A stretch of 63,999 bases of DNA, the filler included, from Stramenopiles sp. TOSAG23-3 (taxonomy: Eukaryota): assembly GCA_900128585.1 (NCBI GenBank). It is 3 parts of 3 records of this genome, joined end to end, with 100 filler letters (N's around TTAATTAATTAA, not from the genome) between each part and the next. Parts side by side here need not be neighbours in the genome. Positions count along the whole stretch, not along the records: positions 43,086 to 63,999 come from LT642365.1; 2 more parts are not named here. One strand, 5' to 3'. Shown piece after piece: positions 46,388 to 57,176 of the stretch. The position numbers and the translations under genes were made by a program. Under the pieces are notes generated by a model. It did not search any database. It saw nothing but the letters and a program-made list of their open reading frames with translations, and was not told where the DNA came from. How positions within the stretch are numbered: the stretch's first letter is position 1; every line of letters begins with the position of its first letter.

Positions 46388-49300
46388 TTATTTTTTACTT
46401 CGTAATTCAATTTCTTTGTCCGTTTTTGTATCTTCATCGTCATCGTCTACCTTCACTTTCTTGTACTTCGCTTTTGTACTGTGTTTCAGTTTTATCATCA
46501 AATCTTGAATTCGGCTCCTTTGAGACATTGCAAAAAATCCTAAGAAGATCAGGACAATAATTGCAACTACGCCACAAATCAAAAGCAATCTTTTGCGGCT
46601 GGCCCGCTTTTCAAGCGCACCTTTAGGTTTGCATTTTTTTGTAAAAGCAAAATTGATATCAGCAGGAGCATCACTGGGCAAGTCAACACCCTCGTCCAAC
46701 GATGGTCGCAGAGGGAATGTCAACGACACTATTGAACTGCCGAACGTTACACACTCAAAATCTATGCGCAGCTCGACTGGTTTGACCCGTCGGGAGAGTT
46801 TTAATGATTTGCTCCCTGGGCCTGAGAGTGAGACTTCCACTGCTTCGTTGTTGACTGATACTATTGGGGGCTCAAATACCATCGTGTTGTTGGCTTCTGA
46901 AGTCAAATACAAAAACGCGGACGTCAAGTGTGCCCCATACAGCCAAGAATGTACATTTGGTGCAAACTTCTTCGTCGGTGTCCCATCTTTCACTGCAGAT
47001 ACACCCTTCACTGCGAGCCCGGTCTGATCGCGTGAGTCTCGAACTTTTACGTTGAAGCCTTTCGCCGCGGGAACATGGCACTCCTTTACCCAGCCTACTG
47101 TAAACTGTCGTGGCCCCCCATACGTGGGGGTGTATTTCTTAGTTTTCCTGTTTAAACGATACTGAGCCACGTGGAAAGAGAAAAATAGCTTCGCTAGGCC
47201 GCTTGCTTTGCAATTGTACTCAATCTCAACTATCTTCGCGTTTGTCCAACGCCTTGTCACGGAGCGCATGAAAGATTTTGGCCCAAGGATTGTAAACGGT
47301 TTTCCTCCACGGGAAAACTGGTCTTCCGTGCTACTGCCAACAGCGCCCATTACCCGAAGTCTTGCATCGAGAATTTCCGAGGCTACCTGGTTCCCGATTC
47401 TTGGGTGCGTCAGCACCGACAATTTTGAGATTTCTACCTTTGTTCCAGGCATTTTTTCGCTGAAATACACCCTGGATACTTTCTCCCCTTCTCGTACTCT
47501 CATCTCAGTTCTAGAGGCACGGTATGACGGGGTGATGACCCCGCTTTTGACAGGATAAAATGCCTTCACCCCCGTCGTCATCACTTGACCCAAAGAGACA
47601 TCAAATCCAGGAACAGGTCCACTTTTGCACTCTTTTACATACGCGAATTCAATGACCCTTTCATTTCGCATCTGCTTCAATTTTTCCACGACGCGTTGAA
47701 AGAAAGCCTTCTCGTCGTCGTTTTCAGATTTTTTAATGGACATCTGGGCGCGTGGACGTTTCAAAGGGATCTTCACTTTAATTATAGCGGAACCGGTCAT
47801 CTTACAGTCGTGGATGATCGTCAACATTGAACTTGAATTCGACATAATAGTCCCGCCCAATGCCGCATCCCCAGTAAGGGCTACCTCCAAAATACGGTCG
47901 CGGTTTCGTATGTCAACGATCTCCGTTGGTCCTGAGTGCTTCGGGCGCCACAAACGACGGCGCACGCCACCGGGGCCATCGAAATTATCATCGTCTTCAT
48001 CTGAGTCTTCCTCATCGTCCCCACCAGGAAGTGGTATCGGCGGTGGTGGCGGCGGCCGGGCACCTCCAATTCCGATATCCCTGATGCGCTTGAACACGGG
48101 TGCAATGCGGTCAAAGATAGAGCCCCCTCCCCCAAATATTGAATGAGGCCCCACAATTTTGTCAACTACTTCTGAAAAGGGGACCATTTTTTTGTTCCCA
48201 CCACCTAATGGTATGACAGAAACACTTGGGCGGTGAAAATCAAGGGCAATCATTGGACGAGCCATTAAAAGTTCAAGGTTAAGTGCGGTTTCTTTGGCGC
48301 TTACCCTGGCAGTATGGTCAGTCGGTGAAAATGACGCCAACGGCTTTCCGTCTTTCACGGCAAAAAAATCACTGCCCAGTTCGACGCCTGAAATTGCAAT
48401 GTCAAATCCGGGCAAAGGTCCGACGTGGCAGACTTTCTTAAAAGCAAAGGAAGCAGGGCGTTTGTCCTTTGCGCCACCAGCTCCACTCCTTGAATGGACG
48501 CTGAATTCTACTTCAACGGTGGCAGTGCCACTTTCTAAACAATCGTAGCGTAAAATGAGCGGAACTTCGTCTCCTGCACTTAGCGTTCCACCGCCACTGG
48601 CTTCCCCATCAATCATTACAGCGAGTATTTTCGGTTCCCGCCTCCCCCTTTGTTCCTGCGCTGCTTTTGGCTTCACATTCGATATTTTTATGTTCGATAT
48701 GTTGAAGTCTAACTGGAACTCCTCGGACATGTACTTATCGTCTTTCGGTGGCCCTTTGACAATGAATCCCGTCGATGACTCCTGGAACCCCACGTTGAAT
48801 CCCCGCGATGAAACGAGATAAGACAAAAATTCAGGAGCTGGGTTGCCATCTTTAATAACCTCCCCGTTATTTTCCCCGATTTTGTCCCGCAGCTCTACAT
48901 TAAAGCCATACAAGGGTCCGTTCCCGCAGGCTTTGTTCCATGACAAAGCATACCCGGATGGACCGTTTCCGCCTCTGCTCGAGCGCTTCGTGATTGAAAA
49001 CGAAACAGGCGACATCCCCTCCTTTCGGCACATGTACGTGATGTAAGTTTTAATTTGCCACACGCCGTCCAAGCCTTTTACGAGAGAAGGGCTAGTGCGA
49101 ATCCTAGAACTAAACGCACGGCACCGTTTTTTTTCTACGCAGTTCACTTGCAATATGCCAACGTTTTGAAGAATCATCTTATCTTTCGAGCGCATGTAGA
49201 CCTCTTGTCGGTTTTCTCCCCGGGGTACTTGGTGCCGTGTGCCGTTCTTTACCGCCTTTGCCACGTTGAACTTTTGCACGGGCTTTCCTTTCAAAACAAC

Positions 49301-49594
49301 AGGCTCCCCGGGGGTTTTCGGGTCGGAGTATGTGTTAACAGAGGAGGAGACGAAGACATCGAAGTCAAGACTGCCGGAGGCAGCGTCTGAAGCAGACTCC
49401 TTCTTCTTCCCTAGCTTGCTCAAATACTTTTCCAGCTCTTCCGGCGTCACTTCGTCTGCCGTAGTTATTGCATCAATACCAACATGGTCTATTTGGCCGT
49501 CTGCAAAGTGCATAAGGCATACCACAACAAACACCAAGAAAACGGCAACTGAGGCAGCGCCCCTGCGGTACGAATCTATCGCCTTCTTGCCCAT
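46388..49594 (-). CDS. Type I membrane/surface protein with about 6 tandem Cys-bounded beta-rich repeats
   Basis: N-terminal hydrophobic signal; repeated (Y/F/H)xC...G...(F/W)xKxC...GFxV motif; C-terminal TM LLLICGVVAIIVLIFLGFFAM and a basic tail. The first ATG is at 49594. Confidence 0.75.
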   Translation of the reverse strand: MGKKAIDSYRRGAASVAVFLVFVVVCLMHFADGQIDHVGIDAITTADEVTPEELEKYLSKLGKKKESASDAASGSLDFDVFVSSSVNTYSDPKTPGEPVVLKGKPVQKFNVAKAVKNGTRHQVPRGENRQEVYMRSKDKMILQNVGILQVNCVEKKRCRAFSSRIRTSPSLVKGLDGVWQIKTYITYMCRKEGMSPVSFSITKRSSRGGNGPSGYALSWNKACGNGPLYGFNVELRDKIGENNGEVIKDGNPAPEFLSYLVSSRGFNVGFQESSTGFIVKGPPKDDKYMSEEFQLDFNISNIKISNVKPKAAQEQRGRREPKILAVMIDGEASGGGTLSAGDEVPLILRYDCLESGTATVEVEFSVHSRSGAGGAKDKRPASFAFKKVCHVGPLPGFDIAISGVELGSDFFAVKDGKPLASFSPTDHTARVSAKETALNLELLMARPMIALDFHRPSVSVIPLGGGNKKMVPFSEVVDKIVGPHSIFGGGGSIFDRIAPVFKRIRDIGIGGARPPPPPPIPLPGGDDEEDSDEDDDNFDGPGGVRRRLWRPKHSGPTEIVDIRNRDRILEVALTGDAALGGTIMSNSSSMLTIIHDCKMTGSAIIKVKIPLKRPRAQMSIKKSENDDEKAFFQRVVEKLKQMRNERVIEFAYVKECKSGPVPGFDVSLGQVMTTGVKAFYPVKSGVITPSYRASRTEMRVREGEKVSRVYFSEKMPGTKVEISKLSVLTHPRIGNQVASEILDARLRVMGAVGSSTEDQFSRGGKPFTILGPKSFMRSVTRRWTNAKIVEIEYNCKASGLAKLFFSFHVAQYRLNRKTKKYTPTYGGPRQFTVGWVKECHVPAAKGFNVKVRDSRDQTGLAVKGVSAVKDGTPTKKFAPNVHSWLYGAHLTSAFLYLTSEANNTMVFEPPIVSVNNEAVEVSLSGPGSKSLKLSRRVKPVELRIDFECVTFGSSIVSLTFPLRPSLDEGVDLPSDAPADINFAFTKKCKPKGALEKRASRKRLLLICGVVAIIVLIFLGFFAMSQRSRIQDLMIKLKHSTKAKYKKVKVDDDDEDTKTDKEIELRSKK

Positions 49595-49823
49595 CCTTGC
49601 CAACTGTGAATATATCTATCAGGTCGTCTGAACGTCGGTGCTACTGTGAGATAATAATCTTGGGCTGGTGGGGTATCTTGGTGTAATGTAACGTTGAAAC
49701 TAAATCTAAGTTGCACTCGACGATAGGGCTATATTTGGCAGTGGATGGATATGTTTGCAGAATAGAAGAAGAAAATCAATTACGGTATTTAATAATATGT
49801 ATATTTTTTTTATAGACGACGAC

Positions 49824-49856
<33 letters not shown>

Positions 49857-50222
49857 ATTATTATATATATTACAGTACACAGTATTACACGTATTATATT
49901 TTATTATTTTTTTTTTTAATAATAATAAATAATAAAAAAAAAAATTTATACAACATGATTGATGTAAGAAGAAGACGACTATTACGACTTACTAATAATA
50001 ATTATTTATTATTATTTATTAATCTCCTTCTTCTTCTTTCTTCTTCTGTAGTACTACTGGTACCGTACCTTATTAATACCAGGTACCCGAACAGGTATTA
50101 AATCCTGGTACCGGTATTGTACTTTGCACGATTAGTGCACAGGGGGGGGGGGAATTAATAATACCTCTCGGCGTGCACACACCTTTTTTACCAACTTGTT
50201 TNNNNNNNNCACCTTTTTTACC

Positions 50223-50288
50223 AACTTGTTTAATGCTGTGTTTATATTCCCTCATCCCTAACATTATATTGTATGCTCTGATTATACT
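50223..50288. repeat. Truncated second copy of family B repeat
   Basis: AACTTGTTTAATGCTGTGTTTATATTCCCTCATCCCTAACATTATATTGTATGCTCTGATTATACT matches 15542-15607 with two substitutions. Confidence 0.8.
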
Positions 50289-50448
50289 ACGTACTACGAC
50301 GAAGTAAAATGTTTTATAAGACACAATAACCAACTAACGTACTACACTTATAATAATCCAATAGAACACCACGAACAACACGCGTCGCCTACCGGCCTGC
50401 TCCGATATGTTGGTAACCCAATCAAAAACCACGAGAACGTCGCTTTAA

Positions 50449-51045
50449 TTAATTGATGGTCGATATGACAACTCCGTTTTTCGGTAATTCCCATACACTG
50501 TTGCCCTTGCGCCTGCCAACATAAAATACTTCCCCATCCTCGGTGAGGGCTTCCTCGAATTCTTCTTCATTGCCTTCGCCATCGCCCTCGGCTTCGGCTT
50601 CGGCCGTATTGCCCCCATTCACCACTACAGCCCCTTGCGGGAGGTCCCAGGTAGTTTCACCGGTTACTACGGAAGTATAATAAACTTCACCTTCGGCGGT
50701 GTCGAACTTTTTATATCTGTAATTTGATGCTAATTCTTCGCCATATTTCAGCCGTCGCAGCTGCGAGATCCTCTGGGCACGTATAGACGCTTGCTGCCGA
50801 GAAGTTCTATCTCGTGCCGCTTTGGTTACTTCTGAGTTTCCTACCCGAGACTTCATAAAACGTTTCAGCTGAACGGAGTTACATGCCGATTGAAGTCCTA
50901 GCGCTGATTCGTCGCCGGAAAAATCATCCTCCGATAAAGGGTTCTCCCATTGTGTTTCTCCCGTACCCCCAAGGTCAGGGTCGTCGTAGAAATAGTTTGG
51001 CCCCTCTGGGTTCTCTACTTCTGTCCAAGAACTTCTACGTGACAT
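50449..51045 (-). CDS. Small protein with three WW-like domains
   Basis: WTEVENPEGPNYFY...GETQWENP, VYYTSVVTGETTWDLP, VFYVGRRKGNSVWELP. The ATG is at 51045. Confidence 0.8.
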   Translation of the reverse strand: MSRRSSWTEVENPEGPNYFYDDPDLGGTGETQWENPLSEDDFSGDESALGLQSACNSVQLKRFMKSRVGNSEVTKAARDRTSRQQASIRAQRISQLRRLKYGEELASNYRYKKFDTAEGEVYYTSVVTGETTWDLPQGAVVVNGGNTAEAEAEGDGEGNEEEFEEALTEDGEVFYVGRRKGNSVWELPKNGVVISTIN

Positions 51046-52393
51046 TCTAAACAGCCTGAAGTAAACAATCAAATAAAATCTCAACACTTGCTACTCCGCT
51101 TTCGAAACTCTGCTGATTTTTTTTCGTAAAACAGTATGCACGGCATAGAAGAGACACGGAAAATCGTTATGAAAAGAAGGCGAGCCGCCCCCTACATTTC
51201 AAAACTCTCCCGTTGGAATCGAGAAGTCAAACCGTGTCCCGGAATGATATACATACAACAAAAAGAGCAGAGAAGAAGAAGAGAGGGAGAGATAGAGGTA
51301 GAGAGTAGAGATAGAAAGAAGCAGCTCACTAGCTCACTGATGATGTACGGGTATGTGGTTCGTTGTATTATTGTAGCAGTACGGGTGCCGTGCCGTACAT
51401 ATATATTATAGCTGAGATCTTCTGTCTGTGTGCATTGTACTTCCCTGTTGTTTAATTACTTTGGTGGCAGGCAGATTATTTAGTTGTAATAATATAACAC
51501 CACAGTATGGGATTTGTTAAACATTTCGATCCTATAGCGGTCACTCCTCTGCTGTGTACGAGCGAAGAAGAAACTACAGGAACCGGTACTTGTACGATGT
51601 ATATAGAGATAGGCCGATTGGCATTTATTAAATTAAAAAAATGCAAGAAGACGCTACAGTTGAGTTCGGTTGATGAGTTAGTTGGATTTTATACATCAGA
51701 CAGCAGAAGAGCTCATTGTGTAATATTTATTATATAATTTAATATATAATGTAATGTACACTTGATGATCTCTTCTTCTCCTTCTTTGATGTTTTTGCTT
51801 TTTTTTTTTTTCTATTGAAATAGTGTACATTACTGTACCGTACCGTACGAACCCCGTATTTTCTTCACTTGAACTTGTTACTCTCCTCTGTTGATCTGTT
51901 GATGATGATATTAAATGTATATTATTTTCTTCTAGTCGTTCTAGTATGATGTAGTATATGATGATACTTGTATATAATAATAGTCTATGATGTGTTAATG
52001 ATAATTAAATAATAATTTAAATTCGTCGAACTAAAATAAAACAACTAACGAACACACACCAGAATGGTGAGAGGAGGGAGTGTATTATTATTATTGTTTG
52101 TTACCGTAGACGACGACTAATATAATAATAAAAGTCGTCTAATAATAATAAAATCTAATAACATACCAAGGTACAATAATAATAATTAAAATTAATTAAT
52201 TGGGGACTTGGTATTTAAATGAATGGAAGAATGGAACAGGACTTTAACTTCGAAACATCAAGAAATGGGTTGCTCTAATTTGGAGAAATTTATTTTTCTT
52301 TCTGTTTGCAAATTACAGAAACCCATTGCTACATTTTTTTCTATTGTGTTTTCAACGCCACCTTGTTACTGAAGAAACAAAACTTTCTGAATA

Positions 52394-54538
52394 ATGTTGT
52401 CAAAGTTACAGACGGCTGCGACGGTTTCGACGTTTGGGACCGCCCGCCGTGCATTTACTGCAGCTGCCGCCGGAGGAGAGGACGGGATGTTTAAGAAAAT
52501 ATTGATCGCTAATCGTGGAGAAATTGCATGCCGTGTGATAGAAAGTGCAAAGAGAATGGGCATACAGACGGTTGCGCTGTATAGCGACATTGACCAAAAT
52601 TCCAAGCATGTCTCGTTGGCGGACGAAGCGTACTACGTTGGACCCAACCCAGCCAGTGAGTCGTACTTGCTCGGGGACAAGATTCTAGAGATTTGCAAGC
52701 AATCTGGCGCGGAGGCAGTCCATCCAGGGTATGGATTTTTGAGCGAAAATGCAGGGTTCAGTGAGGCCTGCGCTAGCAATGGGATAAAATTCATCGGCCC
52801 CCCTGCCAGTGCCATCGTCGATATGGGCAGCAAGAGCGCGTCGAAGGATATTATGATTGCCGCCGGCGTGCCGGTCACCCCGGGCTACCACGGCGAGGCC
52901 CAGGATCTCGAAACCCTGAAATCGGAGGCCCGAAAAATGGGATACCCGGTCATGATTAAGGCGGTTCTGGGGGGGGGTGGAAAAGGCATGCGCGTAGCCT
53001 TGACTGAGGACGTCTTCGAGGAGAACCTGGACGGTGCACGGCGCGAGGCCATGAAGTCGTTTGCGGACGACCGCGTGTTGATCGAACGTTTCTTGGTAAA
53101 GCCCAGGCACGTTGAGCTGCAAGTCTTTGCCGACGAACATGGAAACTGCGTTCACCTTTACGAACGGGATTGCAGCGTTCAGCGAAGGCACCAAAAGGTT
53201 TTGGAAGAAGCCCCCGCACCCGGGATGACAAAAGAGCTGCGCGATCGTATGGGCACTGCCGCGGTCAACGCTGCGAAGGCGGTCGGCTATGAAGGGGCGG
53301 GAACCGTTGAGTTCATGCTGGATGACGATGGAGAAAGCTTCTACTTCATGGAAATGAACACTCGCTTGCAGGTCGAACACCCTGTGACGGAGATGGTCAC
53401 TGGGGTCGACTTGGTCGATTGGCAGCTGCGCATCGCAGCAGGCCACCCCCTGCCAATGTCCCAAGACGAAATCCCCCTCACCGGGCATGCCATCGAAGCA
53501 AGAGTGTATGCTGAAAACCCCGAAAACGAATTCCTGCCAGCCAGTGGTCCGGTGGCGTTCATGGATTTGCCAGACCACGTGTCGTTTAAGAACGGGGACA
53601 TTCGAATCGATTCTGGGGTACGCGAAGGCGACGATGTTTCCATATTTTATGACCCAATGATTTCCAAACTGATCGTCAAGGGTAATGACCGGGACGAGGC
53701 GTTGCGACTCCTCGACCAGGCGCTTAAAAACTACCGTGTTGTTGGCCTGCCAACGAACATCGAATTCTTGAGGAAAACGGCATCTCACCGGGCCTTTCGG
53801 GAGGCGGAGCTAGACACGAACTTTATCGAGAAGAACTACGACGAACTGCTCCCAGTCGCCCAGCCGACCCCAGACCGTGTTCTTGTTTTGGCTGCCCTTG
53901 CCCGGTTGCTTGAAGAAGCCGAAAGCCTGAGCTCCAACGCGTCGCCGTGGGGCAACGTAGCCGGTGCAGGTGCAAGGTTCACGGGGGAAGGCGGACGAGT
54001 GAGAACGTTAAACTTCACGGGAAACAACGGTAGTGAAGACCTTTCGGTTGCGGTAAAGTATTTTCCCGGGAGTGACGGGGATGAGGTCAAGTTTTCGGCC
54101 GATGTTGGTGGAGAAAGCGACGTTGTCGTCCGGGGACGGCTCGTAGGCAAGTCAAAGATCCTTGCATTCTTTGGGAAAGAACGCGTCACTGCAACTGTCA
54201 ACCGGCACGGGGATACGTTCTCTGTTTTTTGTGACCAAGGTGATTTCAAGCACGTTTATAACGTCGATGTGGCGCCCCTTGACTTGGGCGATGACTCGGG
54301 CGCAAAAGGGAAGTTGAACGTTTTGACACCAATGCCTGGCACGGTCATTAAAGTCATGGTTGGCAAGGGGGACTCGGTGGCGAAAGGTGAGCCTATGATG
54401 ATTTTGACTGCAATGAAAATGGAGCATATTATACGAGCCCAAGCTGATGGGACGATTGCAAGCGTTGGTTACGGGGAAGGGGACTTTGTCGAAGATGGCA
54501 AAGTTCTCATCTCATTTGTTGATGAAGACGAGGAGTAG
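52394..54538 (+). CDS. MCCC1: 3-methylcrotonyl-CoA carboxylase alpha subunit, mitochondrial
   Basis: KILIANRGEIACRV, HPGYGFLSENA, MGSKSASKDIM..AGVP..GYHG (MCC-like), ERDCSVQRRHQK, EMNTRLQVEHPVTE, biotin site AMKME. Presequence MLSKLQ...RRAFT. Confidence 0.88.
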   Translation: MLSKLQTAATVSTFGTARRAFTAAAAGGEDGMFKKILIANRGEIACRVIESAKRMGIQTVALYSDIDQNSKHVSLADEAYYVGPNPASESYLLGDKILEICKQSGAEAVHPGYGFLSENAGFSEACASNGIKFIGPPASAIVDMGSKSASKDIMIAAGVPVTPGYHGEAQDLETLKSEARKMGYPVMIKAVLGGGGKGMRVALTEDVFEENLDGARREAMKSFADDRVLIERFLVKPRHVELQVFADEHGNCVHLYERDCSVQRRHQKVLEEAPAPGMTKELRDRMGTAAVNAAKAVGYEGAGTVEFMLDDDGESFYFMEMNTRLQVEHPVTEMVTGVDLVDWQLRIAAGHPLPMSQDEIPLTGHAIEARVYAENPENEFLPASGPVAFMDLPDHVSFKNGDIRIDSGVREGDDVSIFYDPMISKLIVKGNDRDEALRLLDQALKNYRVVGLPTNIEFLRKTASHRAFREAELDTNFIEKNYDELLPVAQPTPDRVLVLAALARLLEEAESLSSNASPWGNVAGAGARFTGEGGRVRTLNFTGNNGSEDLSVAVKYFPGSDGDEVKFSADVGGESDVVVRGRLVGKSKILAFFGKERVTATVNRHGDTFSVFCDQGDFKHVYNVDVAPLDLGDDSGAKGKLNVLTPMPGTVIKVMVGKGDSVAKGEPMMILTAMKMEHIIRAQADGTIASVGYGEGDFVEDGKVLISFVDEDEE

Positions 54539-54690
54539 GCGTAGACCAACAAAATGAAACACTGCGCTAAGGACAACTTCAGTTGTAAGTATTGTATGAC
54601 GGTACGTAATGTTCTTTTTTTAATACCATATGTGTGTTGATTACCGAGAGGGAAATATAACATATTTACGCGCGTTCAATATGAATTATT

Positions 54691-54951
54691 GACCTGTGTT
54701 GCCCTTGCTGCTGTGTAGCCCGTCTCGAACAAGGGCAAAGTGGCGCCGGCAGCGAAACGTTTCGGTCCGGTGCCACTCTTCCCAGTGAATGAAGGTTGGT
54801 TCTGTGGCAAGAGTCAATGGTCACGCCACGGGAAGAGAATGCAGGGGGGGCACGAGCATGCGCGTTTTCGATTTATATATTTTTGTACCCCCGCATTTTA
54901 CATTTGGAGGCTGTGGGTGCACTGCACGGCAACAGCGTCAGAATACAGGGT
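54691..54951 (+). ncRNA. Putative structured RNA element (five hairpins closed by a terminal stem), family unknown
   Basis: Consecutive inverted repeats found by eye. The G-U pairs favour the + strand. GC-rich island with no convincing ORF. Confidence 0.5.
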
Positions 54952-55014
54952 GTAGTACAAACACGAATTTTCATATAAAATAATCATTAGGATAGCAATA
55001 AAAAGATTATAGAC

Positions 55015-55290
55015 TAGAGCTCCACTTGCGAGACAACCTCAGTTGCCTCTCAGGGGCGCTACAATACTTGCTTTTGCAGTCAGCAAAGTTCTTCTCTCAA
55101 ACGCAATCACAAACACTTCTGGGATTCTGTGCGGAGGCTCATAAAAAAAGTTGCTAGGGAATTATTTCCCAAACAACACCGCCACACCCAAGCCGTTGAA
55201 GTAATTTGAAGCGACTTCAGTAAAAATATTCGACCACCAATTGTTTCCATTCTCTTGCGGTCGAACGGCAAAGACATGCAAAGCAAGTAT
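55015..55290 (-). ncRNA. Putative structured RNA element downstream of RPS27, family unknown
   Basis: A long-range stem 55064-55078/55277-55290 encloses nested hairpins, and a separate hairpin lies at 55015-55061. G-U pairs favour the - strand. Confidence 0.45.
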
Positions 55291-55405
55291 GCGCATAACT
55301 GTTTCTTCTTACACGAATCAATGATTATAATGGATTCCATCGCCCTTGAGGACCATCATTTATATAACAACTCCCCTAAAAATCTATATATACGCAAATA
55401 TACAT

Positions 55406-55657
55406 TTAGTCGTACTTCTTACGGAAGGAGCAACCTTCAGTGAGTTTAGATTTACCACCCGTTGGCTGGGCGATCAAGATGGAGCAACTAGAGCAGAAAA
55501 CCGTGGCATGAACGTGGGAGAAGACTGTTTGGATGTTGTAGCAACCTGGGCACTTAACGTCCATAAAGTAACTGTTTGGTCCTTGCACTAATCTCTTAAG
55601 CTTGTGCTTTTTGGCCTCGTCGGCCTTCGATGGGAATAGCATATCAGTAACTGGCAT
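55406..55657 (-). CDS. RPS27: 40S ribosomal protein eS27 (S27)
   Basis: [23 protein letters not shown]...VFSH...CSSC...[17 protein letters not shown]. Confidence 0.96.
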   Translation of the reverse strand: MPVTDMLFPSKADEAKKHKLKRLVQGPNSYFMDVKCPGCYNIQTVFSHVHATVFCSSCSILIAQPTGGKSKLTEGCSFRKKYD

Positions 55658-57176
55658 TTTGAAATATAGGTTATCGTTTGTTTTGTTATGTTTCTTTTTT
55701 CTTATTTCTTTTGTTGCTTCTTTGAATTGTTATCGGGGGAAGCTAAAAAGTTTATCATTTGTCCGCATCAGACCAAACGCTTCTACCGTACACGAACACA
55801 AACGGAACGAAGAATAAAGTCGAAGAAATTAATGTAATTAAAAAATGAGTGTGTTTGTTTTTCTTTTCTTCTTCCTTATGATGTGTTCATATAAATAAAA
55901 TAAAAAACTACAGCTGTAATCTAACTTTCCTTCTTTCTTCATGATTTGATGATAGATTATGTTTTATAGAATATACATTGAATAGCATTAATATTATAAT
56001 AAAATCAATGCTGTGATTATACTATTTATATATTTAATAGGTTAATAATATTGGAGAATGCGGAGGTCTTTTTCATTTTTTTGAGAAGATTGAACAAAAT
56101 GACTGGACAGGGGATCTTTATTCAATGCTATTAAGGCTAACATATTTAATAATACTTATCAATACATTGAATAGTATTAAATAGAACAAAATAGGTCGGA
56201 TTACAACCATAAGAAAATTATTCGATTATTCGTCCATAATAGATATACCATTGAATCGTATTTTGATTAAATAGGGTATTGTATCGTATTCTAAAAGTAT
56301 AATATTCGTGTTTGAAAAATGACTGGCTGTGAAGGGTTTCTGATGCTGTGTTATGAAATTGCAAAGAGAAAACGATGTCAACGAGCACTTTCCCCCCATT
56401 ATTTGTACAGTAATAATATATAGAAGGGACAAACCCTTGTTATAACTACTATATCTATCTATTTATAACAAAATGTACATATTATGTATAAACAAGTACA
56501 ATTATATATATAATTTAGAATATAAAATACACCTATTATATTTATACTTTATAGTTTTAACATACATGGATACAACCCTAATTGAACCCCCATATAATAG
56601 AGAAAGAAGAGGGGGGCGGGGGGCGGCGGGGGTGATTTTATAGTCCTGTTCAGGTTTTTTTACTATAATAATAATACCAGGTAACCGTACCACCAGGTAT
56701 TATATATTAATAATACGAGGAGTCGTCGTCTCTACTACCTGTATTAATACCGGTATAATAGTCCACTAATACCTGTATCCTCCCAACAAGACGAGGGAAT
56801 AATAATAAATAATTATAATAGTTAGTCTTCTTACAGTACCCAGGTACCGTATTATTATTCCAATTATATATTACAGCATTACAGCAGTATTATTTATTTA
56901 TTTTCGCACACATTTTTTATTATTATTATTTTTCATCATCATCCTTTTTTTATTATTATTACTTTCAACTTCTACTCCGCATGTCCCATTCCCCATTACA
57001 TCCCCCGACTTAAATATCTTATCCGGCGGTGTTTGTAGTAGAAGAAGAATTTCTACACCCGTGTCGTTCTCCATAGACACAGCTACTGTGTGTGGTTGGA
57101 ACATTGTGAAAGCGAATATTTATTTTTAAGACAAATCGCCACCGCGCTTTCCTTCACTGCTGAAAAGCTTGTCCAC

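Noticed and set aside
50180-50231. Direct repeat CACCTTTTTTACCAACTTGTTT on both sides of an 8-N gap
   Set aside because: Most likely an unmerged contig overlap rather than a true tandem duplication.
52685-53788. Long antisense and alternative-frame ORFs (367 aa here, and many others overlapping real genes)
   Set aside because: They are shadows of GC-rich codon usage in well-supported genes and show no recognisable motifs.
52394-54538. MCCC1 as part of the PLP/FAD/Rid cluster
   Set aside because: It is mitochondrial and amino-acid catabolic, but it is a standard leucine-degradation gene separated from the cluster by RPS27, with no sequence evidence of a link.
55064-55290. ATACTTGC resembling the U1 snRNA 5' end (ATACTTAC)
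   Set aside because: No U1-70K loop, U1A loop or suitably placed Sm site is present, and the word is one arm of an inverted repeat.
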